Shown piece after piece: positions 17,600 to 27,072 of a stretch of 64,000 nucleotides of DNA (positions are counted from its first letter, which is position 1; every line of letters begins with the position of its first letter). Both the position numbers and the translations under genes were made by a program. The DNA is taken from positions 13,887 to 77,886 of the forward strand of contig CAZYIA010000004.1 in the NCBI GenBank assembly GCA_964646765.1, given 5' to 3'. The DNA comes from an uncultured Candidatus Saccharibacteria bacterium (GTDB lineage: Bacteria > Patescibacteriota > Minisyncoccia > Phycocordibacterales > UBA9973). The notes under the pieces are model-generated. The model was not told where the DNA came from and searched no databases. It saw nothing but the letters and a program-made list of their open reading frames with translations.

Positions 17600-20242
17600 T
17601 CAATCAAGCTTCACCCCACGCTGCTCCAGAATGGTTTCGATGGCCGTTTCTGTCGACATGCCCTCACTGACCAGTGCATTGATTGCAGCAAAGTCATCAG
17701 CTTTCGTGGAAGCCATCAGCATGGAGAACGGATCGAAAAGCAGGCGGCCGATGGTAGGCGGCATGTCCGCACAGCGCATGAAAATCTCCGAGAACTTGCC
17801 GCCTATGGTGGTGACGCTGTTCAGCATCATCTTGGTGTGTTCGTCCATGATGAGCTTGCCGGATTTCTGAAGATCCTCGATGGACTCCGCTTTCTGGCGA
17901 AGCAGAAACATCCAGTCCGCGTTGTCGAACGCCGCCTGCGAGGTGCCGGATTTGAAGTAGTCGCCGACTGATTGCGTTCCGGTGAAGAACGCGCCCCCGT
18001 ATTTTCTCGCCCGTCTGTACCCGGCCTCGATGAAGTCGCCGGCACTGCCCGAGCTCATGAGATCCCAGGCTTCGTCGATGATGACGAGGCTGCGTTGCTT
18101 GCGATCCCCCGTGTACATTTCATTGGTGATACGGTACATGAGGAGCAGCATGATGACCGACTGCAGATCCTTGCGGGACTTCAGCTCCTCCAGCTCGAGG
18201 ACCACCAGATTGCTGTTGAAGTTGACGTTGGCGCGGCCATTGAAGAACTTGCCATAACTGCCCGCCTCCGTGTAGGGGAACAGCTGGACACCGAGTTCAC
18301 GGATCTGTGGATCGCAAACCTCGTTGTTGATGACTTCCAGGCGATTGCCGTAGGCTTCCAGCGACCCACCCTCATAACAGGCTTTCTTGAGGCGCTCAGC
18401 CAGTTGATCCAGGTTCATCCTGGAGCCAAACTCGCTCCACAGTTCGCGAATATTGATCTCGATCTGTGCCAGTTCGTAGTCTGACAACGGGGCGTTCGGC
18501 TGGATCATCTGGCCAATGAGCGGCTTGATCAGGCTCATGTCCTCATCCAGATCCATTACCATGTCGAACGGATTCAGGCAGAGATTCGAGTTCGGCGTGA
18601 ACTCAATGTATTGGCCACCGAGAATGCGGCACAGTTTCTCGTAGGATCGACCTACGTCGATGATCCACACACGGCCACCCGTGGCGATCACACGCTGGGC
18701 CAACTCGATGAGGAAGTTGGATTTGCCGCTTCCGGAAGCACCGACCACGATGCCGTTGTAATTGCCGGAAGGGTTCGCGAAAGGATCGACGTTGATGACC
18801 TGCCCGCGGCGCCCGAACAGGGTCAGCACCGGCAGGCTTCCGAGGCCCTTCCATTCCGCAATGATCGGCAAGGAATGAGCTGCGTTGTAAACGGTCTTGC
18901 TGAAAGACCGCTGAAAAATCTGGAGATCGCGTTGCATGAGAGGACCGAACATCAGGGGCAACGCATCCATCAGGCCCTGCTTCTGTACCTTGCGATCCGT
19001 GGCAATATCGAAACCTTCGGCACGCCATACGGCCTTGGCCGATTGTTCCGCCTCAAACGTATCGTCTGGCTTCGGGAAGAGCAGCAATTGGTGATAGAGG
19101 CGCACCGTTCCCTTGCCATCTTCGAAGGCCAGGTTCGCGATGTCGAAGTCCATTTTCCGATCGGCCGCATCCGGCAAAAATTTTGCCATCGGCGATCCGG
19201 CCGTCTGCGTTGCACGTGCGCCCTTGAGAAGAAAGCGGTTCTTCTGGACATCGAAGTCCATGATCTGCGCACCGAATGTGAGCACGAAGGGGCAGTTATA
19301 GGCAATCGTGAATGAGCGGTAATGCCCGATCAACGAACCCATCTGCGGCAATTCGATTTGCCGCGGATAGGACCGCACTGACATGGCGCGGATGGCTATG
19401 GGCTCGTAGCCTGCTCCCGAGAAGATCAGCTGATCCTCCTCCTCCTCGATTTTTGTATCGGGAGAAATGATTTGCCGCCGAATCTCCCTGTCCGGATCAT
19501 ACGGCAGCACCGGATGGTCGGCTGCCATCGTCATATGCGGGTTGAGGATCAACGCGCACCAGTTGATCAAATCATCGGGCTGCCAGCTGCGATAATACAA
19601 ATGGTAGGCCTTCAGGGTGGCAGCGATCGTCTCGCGCAGCGTAATGATTTCCCGTTTCTTTTTCTCGTCGTGGACGTCTTCAAGGGGAACAACGCAAGAC
19701 AGCATGGCGCGATAATTGCGCATCATGAAGTTCATGTCCTTGAAGATCGGTGATTTTGTGCCGCGCCGGTAATAGGCGATGCGGCGCTCCGCAATGCGGT
19801 TGATAAGCTGCGACTGCCGCCGCTCCCGTTCAGTCATGGTGGCAACGCGATCGCTCGGCTTGACTGTGGCGTCGAGGTACGCCTGGTAGTAGTTGTCGAC
19901 AACCGGCGAGGCATACAACGACACCTGGATACCGGTACCGACCGGCGCACCTGCCGTAAAAATGTTGGCAAGAAACTCCGCCATTTCCTGCGAAGCACCT
20001 GTTTGCAAAGAAATCTCCAGGCAGAAACCCATGCCTTCGGCTTTTCCGGGTTTGTCTGACTCAAGCACGAAGAGTTCGTAGTCCGGATCCCATGCCGTGT
20101 ATGGCAGGTAGTCCGAGAAACGGTCGAACGAGGGGGACTTTTGTGCCGAATCGCGGACGCCAGCGTAATCGCACCCGTTTTGGGTGAAGTTCGATTCGCT
20201 GGAGCGCAGCTGGTTTTTGATCAGATCAATGAACCCGAACAT
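17600..20242 (-). CDS. traC: Conjugal transfer ATPase TraC (VirB4 family)
   Basis: The 880-aa ORF has a Walker A motif (GASGSGKS), a Walker B region, and F-type TraC N-terminal motifs. Confidence 0.95.
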   Translation of the reverse strand: MFGFIDLIKNQLRSSESNFTQNGCDYAGVRDSAQKSPSFDRFSDYLPYTAWDPDYELFVLESDKPGKAEGMGFCLEISLQTGASQEMAEFLANIFTAGAPVGTGIQVSLYASPVVDNYYQAYLDATVKPSDRVATMTERERRQSQLINRIAERRIAYYRRGTKSPIFKDMNFMMRNYRAMLSCVVPLEDVHDEKKKREIITLRETIAATLKAYHLYYRSWQPDDLINWCALILNPHMTMAADHPVLPYDPDREIRRQIISPDTKIEEEEDQLIFSGAGYEPIAIRAMSVRSYPRQIELPQMGSLIGHYRSFTIAYNCPFVLTFGAQIMDFDVQKNRFLLKGARATQTAGSPMAKFLPDAADRKMDFDIANLAFEDGKGTVRLYHQLLLFPKPDDTFEAEQSAKAVWRAEGFDIATDRKVQKQGLMDALPLMFGPLMQRDLQIFQRSFSKTVYNAAHSLPIIAEWKGLGSLPVLTLFGRRGQVINVDPFANPSGNYNGIVVGASGSGKSNFLIELAQRVIATGGRVWIIDVGRSYEKLCRILGGQYIEFTPNSNLCLNPFDMVMDLDEDMSLIKPLIGQMIQPNAPLSDYELAQIEINIRELWSEFGSRMNLDQLAERLKKACYEGGSLEAYGNRLEVINNEVCDPQIRELGVQLFPYTEAGSYGKFFNGRANVNFNSNLVVLELEELKSRKDLQSVIMLLLMYRITNEMYTGDRKQRSLVIIDEAWDLMSSGSAGDFIEAGYRRARKYGGAFFTGTQSVGDYFKSGTSQAAFDNADWMFLLRQKAESIEDLQKSGKLIMDEHTKMMLNSVTTIGGKFSEIFMRCADMPPTIGRLLFDPFSMLMASTKADDFAAINALVSEGMSTETAIETILEQRGVKLD

Positions 20243-20271
20243 GAAAATGCTCCTTGATTGCTCCCTGATAT

Positions 20272-20940
20272 TCAGGGGGCCGGTTGCGACTGAACAGGCT
20301 GAACAGGTTGCTGCGGTCGCGTTGGAGTCGTGGGGCGCTGCTTACCCGTTTCCGTAGCTGCAACGCCGGCGTCGGCGCTGCCGAGCGGCTGGAAACGCAG
20401 GTACTTGTCTCGGCTGTTCAGCCGGGTCGCGTCCAGCATCCAGCGCCCATCATGTACGACGACATAGATGTACCGTTGATCGTGTAGATCGCCGTCGCTG
20501 TCCTCGGTTGGCGCAAGCCAGATCCGTAGCTCCTTGGGGGGCACGCGGATCGGCGTACCGCTGGCTGTTGTTGGCATGGTGGCAGGCGACACCACGGGCT
20601 CGGCGGCATACGCCAACCGCGCAGTCTTGGTGTCCGACGCCTTGTCGCCTGATTTCGACTCGGGTTTGCTGGCGTCCTTGTTCTTGGAAAGAGGCGCATC
20701 GAGATCCCGCGTCAACTCCTCGTGCTCACGCGTCCTGACGGCCGACGGCCAGTTGTTGCGATCGACGTTTGCCGAGACCCCTGAGACGGACATGCAGCTG
20801 ACACCATCAGGCGCGCTACACGTAAACTCGCTTTTACCGTCCAGGCCAGACAACATGCTTGCACAGCCGCCAAGAAGAGCGGCGCTACCAACAAAGGCCA
20901 GACGCACAATAATTTCAAAACGCACGCGCTCCATCATCAT
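20272..20940 (-). CDS. traV: TraV lipoprotein (F-type outer-membrane core component)
   Basis: The lipobox is LLGGCAS and there are two further Cys (CSAPDGVSC). The Pro-rich C-terminus and the position between traB/dsbC and traC also fit. Confidence 0.72.
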   Translation of the reverse strand: MMMERVRFEIIVRLAFVGSAALLGGCASMLSGLDGKSEFTCSAPDGVSCMSVSGVSANVDRNNWPSAVRTREHEELTRDLDAPLSKNKDASKPESKSGDKASDTKTARLAYAAEPVVSPATMPTTASGTPIRVPPKELRIWLAPTEDSDGDLHDQRYIYVVVHDGRWMLDATRLNSRDKYLRFQPLGSADAGVAATETGKQRPTTPTRPQQPVQPVQSQPAP

Positions 20941-21684
20941 TTACTCCTTGCGCGCCGTTTTCATTGATGCGGCGTTGTCGAGCCATTTGCTGATGGCTTC
21001 GGTATCGCGAGCGCCGGCAAGCTTGCGGCCGTCAGCACTGAAAAGCGTCGGCGTACCGTTGATGCCCAATGACTCTGCCAGGGCGACCACCTTGTCGACG
21101 GGGTGGTCGCACACTGCACCCTTGGTCTCCTTGCCGCGAAGCATCAGGTCGTCCCATGCCGCGGCACGATCCTTGGCACACCACACCCCCACGGCCTTCC
21201 GGCGCGCATCCGGGTGAATACTCGCCAACGGCATCATGAATGTGTGGATGGTGACGTTCTCCAACGCCACGAGTGATTTCTCGAGCTGTTTGCAGTACGG
21301 GCAATCCGGATCACTGAACACGTACAGTACCCGGGACCCCGTGCCCTGGATCCGCTTGAAGGCAAGAGATAGGTCCAGCCGCGAAAGATCGATTTTCTGG
21401 AGCTCCTCCATGCGATTGGCCGTCAGATCCTGCTGGGCTTTCATGTCATACAGTTTGCCAAACAGAAAATAGCGGCCGGTCGGGTCGACGTATGCAATGT
21501 TTTGCCCCATGACAACTTCCGTGAGTCCGGAGACCGGGCTCTTGTTGATCTGCTGGAATTTTGTTTTCGGGTAGAGAGTTTGCAACCGGACCGTCATTTC
21601 CGGATCGACTTCGTTGGCATGGACATGGGCCGACATGGAAAAAATGGCAGCAATAGAAATAGCAAGGGTTCCGAGGGTTCGCAT
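20941..21684 (-). CDS. dsbC: Thiol:disulfide interchange protein DsbC-like
   Basis: It has a signal peptide, the CPYC active site (FSDPDCPYCKQLE) and a C-terminal TPT motif. Its placement inside the tra cluster matches SXT/R391-like and H-type systems. Confidence 0.85.
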   Translation of the reverse strand: MRTLGTLAISIAAIFSMSAHVHANEVDPEMTVRLQTLYPKTKFQQINKSPVSGLTEVVMGQNIAYVDPTGRYFLFGKLYDMKAQQDLTANRMEELQKIDLSRLDLSLAFKRIQGTGSRVLYVFSDPDCPYCKQLEKSLVALENVTIHTFMMPLASIHPDARRKAVGVWCAKDRAAAWDDLMLRGKETKGAVCDHPVDKVVALAESLGINGTPTLFSADGRKLAGARDTEAISKWLDNAASMKTARKE

Positions 21685-21698
21685 GGTTGATCTCCAGA

Positions 21699-23006
21699 TT
21701 AGAGTGCTTCCAGGGTGAAACCCTGGGTGAAAACAATGTCGCCAACGCGCATTGAATCGAGTTCGAGCACGGGGAAAAGTTTGTCTGCCAGCGTGATGTA
21801 GTAATTGGCGAGCCGGTCGAAAGCCTTGGAGACCCCGCCGCCTGCGGCATACCTGACTACGTCGGATGTGCTGTCGCCAGTCGTAACGGTGGTACCGAGC
21901 GCGGTCCCGGTCGTCGTTTGCGATGTGGCCTGAATCGCCGTACCGAGGGAGGAGAGCGTTCCGGTAAGAAGCGCGTTGCTGAGGACCTGGCCTGTCTTGG
22001 TAACCAACCGTGCACGCATACCGGCCTTGCCATCCTCACCGTCGAGATGTCCTTTGACGGAGATATCCGCCATTTTGTCCACGCCGATCCGGCACGAAAG
22101 ACGCTGCAGACGGATCTGCACACGCTCTGAAGACAGGTCGCCCACCGCGTCGGCCGTTGCCACGCAATCTTTCATGTTGACCCGCGCACCACCGGGCAAT
22201 CGTGCGTCACCGAGAATTCGCAGAAGAATCGGATGCGGGTTCTGTTGCGCCTGCCCCCCGGTCGGGGCGTCGACACCACCGAGAACAACAGCCCGCGCAA
22301 ACGCACCGGCGGGGATGTAGGTCTTTTCGAATTCGCCATTGACAGCGGCATCCTCGAGATAGATTCGTTCTCCGTTAGGTCCGGACCGATAGGGCCGCCC
22401 GCCGGCCGTGGACCTGGCTTGCGGTGTTGATGCCTTTTGCGTGGCGGCGGGCGGCGCGTCGAATTTGACGCTCGCAACGGCGGGCGCCGAGAGGCCGGAC
22501 GCACCCCTTCCGTAATCGACAACGCCGCCTGGCATCACCATCCCAGGACCCCCAATGACCGGTGTTCCGGCGACACCCGCTTGCGGCACGGGTTGGCCTG
22601 GCAGCAATTGTCCACCTGGCAACGCCGGCAACGCCGCCGGAGGCGGAACGGGGGCGCCACCTGAGTCAGCGGACTTCTCGACGGCCCCCTCGTCACGCTT
22701 CTTCGCTTCTTCGATCATGCGCACGAGATCAGCGTTGATTTTGTTTTGTTCGGCCATCTGGTGGCGCAACTTTTCGATGTCCTGCGCGGACCGTTCACGC
22801 CACTTTTCGCGATCAGCGGTATCGCCCGTCGCGTCGATCAGGTTACGTGTTGTCGTCACGGTTGGCTTGGCGACTGACTTGGGCTTCTCTGTCACGAAAA
22901 ACGCAGAGACGACGGCGATCGCCATGATTCCCAGACCCACGGCACCGAGAATCATGATTTGCTTCTGCCGGACTTTTTGGCTGAGAGGGCTCGTCGTGTT
23001 AGCCAT
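21699..23006 (-). CDS. traB: Conjugal transfer protein TraB (VirB10 homologue, F-type)
   Basis: The 435-aa ORF has an N-terminal TM helix, a Pro/Gly-rich linker and a C-terminal VirB10-like beta domain. It follows traK. Confidence 0.88.
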   Translation of the reverse strand: MANTTSPLSQKVRQKQIMILGAVGLGIMAIAVVSAFFVTEKPKSVAKPTVTTTRNLIDATGDTADREKWRERSAQDIEKLRHQMAEQNKINADLVRMIEEAKKRDEGAVEKSADSGGAPVPPPAALPALPGGQLLPGQPVPQAGVAGTPVIGGPGMVMPGGVVDYGRGASGLSAPAVASVKFDAPPAATQKASTPQARSTAGGRPYRSGPNGERIYLEDAAVNGEFEKTYIPAGAFARAVVLGGVDAPTGGQAQQNPHPILLRILGDARLPGGARVNMKDCVATADAVGDLSSERVQIRLQRLSCRIGVDKMADISVKGHLDGEDGKAGMRARLVTKTGQVLSNALLTGTLSSLGTAIQATSQTTTGTALGTTVTTGDSTSDVVRYAAGGGVSKAFDRLANYYITLADKLFPVLELDSMRVGDIVFTQGFTLEAL

Positions 23007-23733
23007 TGTTGCGCACCATGATCACGAACACATGTGTTTTCTCACCGGGGGCGAGGACATGACGATCAATTGCGATCGCAACGACTCCATGCTTGTAGAA
23101 CTCCTGTTCGCCGAGTCGCACCTGGGTACCGGACACATTGGTCAGAACAAATCGATAGCCCACCATATCTGGGCCGGTGTATTTGTCGAGCAGGCGAAAA
23201 TGGGTTTCACGCCACAAATCGAGATCCGTATTGGCGGGTTCCACAAGAAAATCCTGGAGATCGGTCTCTTGCCGTGCCATCGCCAACATGAGCCGCTTGA
23301 CTGACTTGTCCTGAGCGTTGGCCCGCGCCCCTTCCGTTCCAGGAGAGGACTTGGTCGGGACCTTTCGCTCCTTGATAAGGATGGTGTCCATCCCCATGGT
23401 CGTCGGGGTCAGGTAGATCGAATGTGTTTGCCCGGAGCTACTGGTCAACACCAGGCTGACGGGCTTGTCATCACGAGCACGAATGAGCGCGTAACCCTGT
23501 TCGTCATCCTTGACGACAGTCAGCGCTCCTTCCGGAAAATGCATGCTGGTGATGCGAGCATCCTGAATGGTCAGACGCGTCATGTCATCACGCGAAAAGT
23601 TTGCGTGAAGGGTCGCCCCCTCGTCACCCGTTTCGAGGACCTGGAGTGCATGTGCCTGGTGCGCCCCAGCCAGAAGCAGCAGTGAAAGAACGAAATTACG
23701 CATTTGCCCAGGGGTCTTTTTCAGTGGTGACAT
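22999..23733 (-). CDS. traK: Conjugal transfer protein TraK (VirB9/secretin-like, F-type)
   Basis: The 244-aa ORF has a signal peptide and sits between traE and traB, overlapping both. This arrangement is typical of F-type TraK. Confidence 0.82.
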   Translation of the reverse strand: MSPLKKTPGQMRNFVLSLLLLAGAHQAHALQVLETGDEGATLHANFSRDDMTRLTIQDARITSMHFPEGALTVVKDDEQGYALIRARDDKPVSLVLTSSSGQTHSIYLTPTTMGMDTILIKERKVPTKSSPGTEGARANAQDKSVKRLMLAMARQETDLQDFLVEPANTDLDLWRETHFRLLDKYTGPDMVGYRFVLTNVSGTQVRLGEQEFYKHGVVAIAIDRHVLAPGEKTHVFVIMVRNNG

Positions 23734-24274
23734 CTTTGATTTCCTCGAGGTACACCTTGCCTTGGAATCCGAAAACGATGAGGAAGCGACGTTGTTCCTG
23801 TTTTACGAGTTTGTCGCTGATCCAGGTGTTCAGAACACCTTCGAAAAGCACGGCTTGACGATCTTCCGAAACGCTTACGTTGGACGGGTAATACACAGTT
23901 GAGACACGGTCTTCTTTTTGCCGTGCAACTTCCGACATCAACTGCTTTTGCAGTTCGGGATAAGACGATGGCGCGACGTATTTCAACAGCTCATTGATCT
24001 GGGTTTCCGCATTGGCCGGAGAGCGGTTCAATGCCAACTGAATGAGGAACCCGCCCATCTGCTCCAGATAGGATGGGGACACTTTGTCGTCGTCGACCCA
24101 GAATGTTTTCGATACCGACGGCGGGATCAGTGTTTCACGATGTGTACGGTTGGCCTTGGCCAAGGCAATTGAAAGAGCCACCACCGAGATCAGCAGCAGC
24201 ACGTTCATGATTTGCGCATACTTGCCAATACCGGCCCGATTTTCTAGTTCTCTGGAAAAATCTGATAGTTTCAT
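23696..24274 (-). CDS. traE: Conjugal transfer protein TraE (F-type, VirB5/8-like)
   Basis: The start was refined to the internal ATG (MKLSDFSRELENR..., index 84 of the ORF). The ORF N-terminal extension would read through the traL stop. A C-terminal motif (GVLNTWISDK) matches F TraE (GVLKTWIGDS). Confidence 0.88.
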   Translation of the reverse strand: MKLSDFSRELENRAGIGKYAQIMNVLLLISVVALSIALAKANRTHRETLIPPSVSKTFWVDDDKVSPSYLEQMGGFLIQLALNRSPANAETQINELLKYVAPSSYPELQKQLMSEVARQKEDRVSTVYYPSNVSVSEDRQAVLFEGVLNTWISDKLVKQEQRRFLIVFGFQGKVYLEEIKDVTTEKDPWANA

Positions 24275-24294
24275 GGGTCCGAGTCCGTGTCCGG

Positions 24295-24585
24295 TTAGCC
24301 AACGAAATTGCGCGAGCAAGACGGTGGAGTTCTCCGGTTGCCAATGCTCACCGGGGAGAACCAGTAAAGCAGGTGAACGGAATACCCTGCCTGGCGTCCG
24401 CTTTTTGCCTTCTGATAGACGTGGCCAAGAAACAAAGCCAGCCCTAGCGGAGTAAAAAAAGCGCCCATCAGAATCCCAATCCCCAGGACCACCATGAAAA
24501 TCATCGCGACATCCATGTCCCAAAGAAATACCTTGGGCATGGCATCGAGATTTTTCGGAATGAAGATCTTGAGGTTTTCGTTCAT
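24295..24585 (-). CDS. traL: Conjugal transfer protein TraL (F-type)
   Basis: The 96-aa membrane protein lies immediately downstream of the pilin gene. The motif MPKVFLWDMDVAMIFMVVLGIGI is TraL-like. Confidence 0.8.
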   Translation of the reverse strand: MNENLKIFIPKNLDAMPKVFLWDMDVAMIFMVVLGIGILMGAFFTPLGLALFLGHVYQKAKSGRQAGYSVHLLYWFSPVSIGNRRTPPSCSRNFVG

Positions 24586-24609
24586 GATGGGCGCTCCGGC
24601 AGTTCCTGC

Positions 24610-24903
24610 TTAGATGGTGGCAGTGAACATGTTGGTCACGACACCCGGGCCGATAGTCAGCACGAGCGCCACGACGATACCGAAGATCGCCGGGATGATG
24701 CTCTGCTTGGCGATACCGATACCGGAACCGAACAGGAACGCGATCAGCGCCAGGGCCTTGGCCAGGTAGCCCTGCGTCCAGGACGTCATCATGTTGTAGA
24801 GACCGCCGAATTCGTTGTCGGTCGCGGACGTCGCAACGGCAGCGCCGGTCATGGCGAGCAGGCCGACAGCAACGAGAACGGTTTTGGTCATGTTTTTGCG
24901 CAT
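24610..24903 (-). CDS. traA: F-type propilin TraA
   Basis: The 97-aa ORF has a long leader followed by two hydrophobic helices (ALALIAFLFGSGIGIA, IFGIVVALVLTIGPGVV). This is the classic F-pilin architecture. A GGAG RBS lies 8 nt upstream. Confidence 0.85.
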   Translation of the reverse strand: MRKNMTKTVLVAVGLLAMTGAAVATSATDNEFGGLYNMMTSWTQGYLAKALALIAFLFGSGIGIAKQSIIPAIFGIVVALVLTIGPGVVTNMFTATI

Positions 24904-24993
24904 GGTATTACTCCTAAAAAATGGACTGCATTGAGGGATGATTGGGTCCGTTTTTCCGAAGAGTCCGTGTACAACACAGCGACTGCTGTACGA

Positions 24994-25308
24994 TCAGCCC
25001 GGCTGTACAGCCAGGCCATTTCCTGTCATCTGGTCAATCTGGTCGATGTCGGTGCGCAACGATTGCCTTACATACTCCAGCCACCGGCGCTGCGTATCCT
25101 CATCGGCCAGCACAAGATCGATGGCTGCCGTCACGAGATGCCGTTCGATATGCATGTCACGCGGCACTCCAATCTGGGCAAACCGGAATTCCTTGAGACG
25201 TTTCTTGCTTTCGCTGCGCAATAGCACCGGCTCGAACCCCGGTACGTAGTTGTTGCGTTCCGCACGATCATTTGTCTTGTTCGACACCCGTTTTTCCTCC
25301 ACTGACAA
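24994..25308 (-). CDS. Hypothetical protein upstream of traA (possible tra regulator)
   Basis: The 104-aa ORF has protein-like, charged composition. The region is open in 4 frames, so coding status is uncertain. It overlaps the upstream OmpA-like gene by about 40 nt. Confidence 0.3.
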   Translation of the reverse strand: MSVEEKRVSNKTNDRAERNNYVPGFEPVLLRSESKKRLKEFRFAQIGVPRDMHIERHLVTAAIDLVLADEDTQRRWLEYVRQSLRTDIDQIDQMTGNGLAVQPG

Positions 25309-25936
25309 TTACGATCTCCAGATCCGCGCGGCGTCCGCCGAACTTGAAGCGCTCCAAGCAGTCGGCTTCCGATTTGCAGCGCACCAGCTCGGCGCCGGCG
25401 GTAATATGCGCCGCAACACCCGCACCTTTCATGTGGCGCTGGACGTGATGAGCACGAGCCAGGGCCAGCCCCATCACAGCGGATTCTTTTTCGAGATTGG
25501 TGTCCGTGAGACCGGCGACGCCCTTGATCCAGATTTCTCTGGCGTCTCTGGCCGCACCCACAAGCCTGGCCAGGGTCGCCGCTGACTCCGGGTCGACCCT
25601 GGTCGTGTTAAACAGGAATGCGATCGATTCCTTGATCCGGGTTTCCTTTGCTGCCGGCGCCGCGGGCGCAGCAACAGGCAGGCGTACCGGTTGCACGGCC
25701 GGCGCAGGGCGCGCGATGGTCTTGGGGGTGGGGCGATCGCAATCTGCGCCGAAGCACAGTACATACGGCAAATGCCCTGTATACGGTTCGCGCTGAGACA
25801 GCGACTGCGTGTAACCGACAGGCTGTGGTGGCAGCTCTGCCGCGCTGGGCGCAACCAGGGGTTCGGGTTTTTCCTTTGCAAGCAGGCCACACCCCCCGAT
25901 CAGGAAACATAGAGACAGCAATGCAAGGTGTTTCAT
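25268..25936 (-). CDS. OmpA/MotB-like peptidoglycan-binding lipoprotein
   Basis: The lipobox is FLIGGCGL, followed by a Pro/Ala-rich linker. A C-terminal OmpA-like segment is present (GLTDTNLEKESAVMGLALARAHHVQRHM). Confidence 0.6.
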   Translation of the reverse strand: MKHLALLSLCFLIGGCGLLAKEKPEPLVAPSAAELPPQPVGYTQSLSQREPYTGHLPYVLCFGADCDRPTPKTIARPAPAVQPVRLPVAAPAAPAAKETRIKESIAFLFNTTRVDPESAATLARLVGAARDAREIWIKGVAGLTDTNLEKESAVMGLALARAHHVQRHMKGAGVAAHITAGAELVRCKSEADCLERFKFGGRRADLEIVIVSGGKTGVEQDK

Positions 25937-26478
25937 GAATCCCCTTTTGCCGCAAAACTTACTGTGGCAATGCCGGGCACGTGTGAAGCGCCCTCTTGTA
26001 CGGCCACAGCAATGAACGGTGTACCTGGCTCAGCGTTTCTTGCGAGAGCCTTGTAAATCTTGACCGCGTAGCGGTTGCGCCGGATCTGACACTCCTTCTT
26101 CGAAAGACCGCGGCAGCCGACGTTGTACGCGCCAACGCCATTCCACGTGTATCCATGGCGACGGAAGTTGTCTGCCATAAGCCACGCGCCAACCTTGACG
26201 TTCATGCATCCGTCGTTCAACAGCGTGTGACGCGTGATACCCCACTGCTTCAGCTTGGCCAGATGGCTACTGTTGATCTGCATCAAACCAAGGTCCGAGG
26301 TGCCATCGGGGTTCCTGCCAACGGCCTTGCGGTTGCCACTGGACTCCACAGCCGCCGTGGCACGCAGAAGTTCTTCCGGCACGCCGTATTGCCCGGCGGC
26401 TTCCGCATAGCACGTTGCCAGGGCAGTCCCTGAAGTGGTGAACAACAATCCGAAGGTGACGGCGATCACATAACGCAT
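25933..26478 (-). CDS. Lytic transglycosylase (SLT domain; F orf169/P19-like)
   Basis: SLT motifs are present (AVESSGN, DLGLMQIN, AYNVG). The start was refined to the MRYVIAVTFGLLF signal peptide. The ORF-track start is a TTG. Confidence 0.8.
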   Translation of the reverse strand: MRYVIAVTFGLLFTTSGTALATCYAEAAGQYGVPEELLRATAAVESSGNRKAVGRNPDGTSDLGLMQINSSHLAKLKQWGITRHTLLNDGCMNVKVGAWLMADNFRRHGYTWNGVGAYNVGCRGLSKKECQIRRNRYAVKIYKALARNAEPGTPFIAVAVQEGASHVPGIATVSFAAKGDS

Positions 26479-26503
26479 GGACGGCACTGTAGCAGGGTCG
26501 CTA

Positions 26504-26896
26504 CTATAATTTTTCTGTTTTCTGTTTAGCGCGGACCGGCTCGGACGTGGCGTCAAGCTTGCTGTCGCTGTCCTTGTGCGACGCGGTCGTTGGGGCCGTG
26601 ATGCTCGCGGCAGAGTCTTGTGCTTCGTTCTGCATGAGCCACTGCAGATATTCCTCTTCGTACACCGATCGCCACACCATGTAGCGGCATCCGTAAACCC
26701 ATTGGTTCATGGTTGCCTGAACCGGTGTGGTGAACTGATCGGCCAGCAGCGCCGTGCCGGACACGGTGATTTTTCCGAAAACCTCGACGGGTTCGCACGT
26801 TCGTTCGATTCGTTCCGCCCCATCGGTTGTGAGAAAGATCCGCACGACCCAGGTGAACACCAGAACAAAAAACAGGAGCGAGAAGGGCTTGAACAT
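26504..26896 (-). CDS. Small membrane hypothetical protein (first gene of the tra operon)
   Basis: The start was refined to MFKPFSLLFFVLVFTWVVRIF (TM helix). The 35-bp palindromic operator lies about 30 bp upstream. Confidence 0.35.
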   Translation of the reverse strand: MFKPFSLLFFVLVFTWVVRIFLTTDGAERIERTCEPVEVFGKITVSGTALLADQFTTPVQATMNQWVYGCRYMVWRSVYEEEYLQWLMQNEAQDSAASITAPTTASHKDSDSKLDATSEPVRAKQKTEKL

Positions 26897-26925
26897 GATC
26901 AGCGTTGCAGCGCGATGTTGGGCTG

Positions 26926-26960
26926 CCAAAATTATAGTGATGCGGTCACTATAATTTTGG
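26926..26960. promoter_or_regulatory. Perfect 35-bp AT-rich palindrome (CCAAAATTATAGTGA TGCGG TCACTATAATTTTGG) in the divergent promoter region
   Basis: Two 15-bp arms are perfect reverse complements. Each arm contains a TATAAT hexamer, so divergent -10 elements are embedded in an operator-like inverted repeat. It lies between the tra operon start and the ERF gene. Confidence 0.6.
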
Positions 26961-27072
26961 CACTTTCACCTGGAACCTCTCTGTCATGACGCAACCGCTG
27001 CCATCCGGTGCAAGGCCTTCGAATTCACGTGGTGTGGATCCAGGTTTTGCTCTTTTTTTGAGGAGAGCAACG

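Noticed and set aside
24904-24993. Possible LexA/SOS box (CTGTAC...GTACAG) between traA and the upstream ORF
   Set aside because: The spacing does not fit CTGT-N8-ACAG. It is only a short CTGTACAG palindrome and is likely chance.
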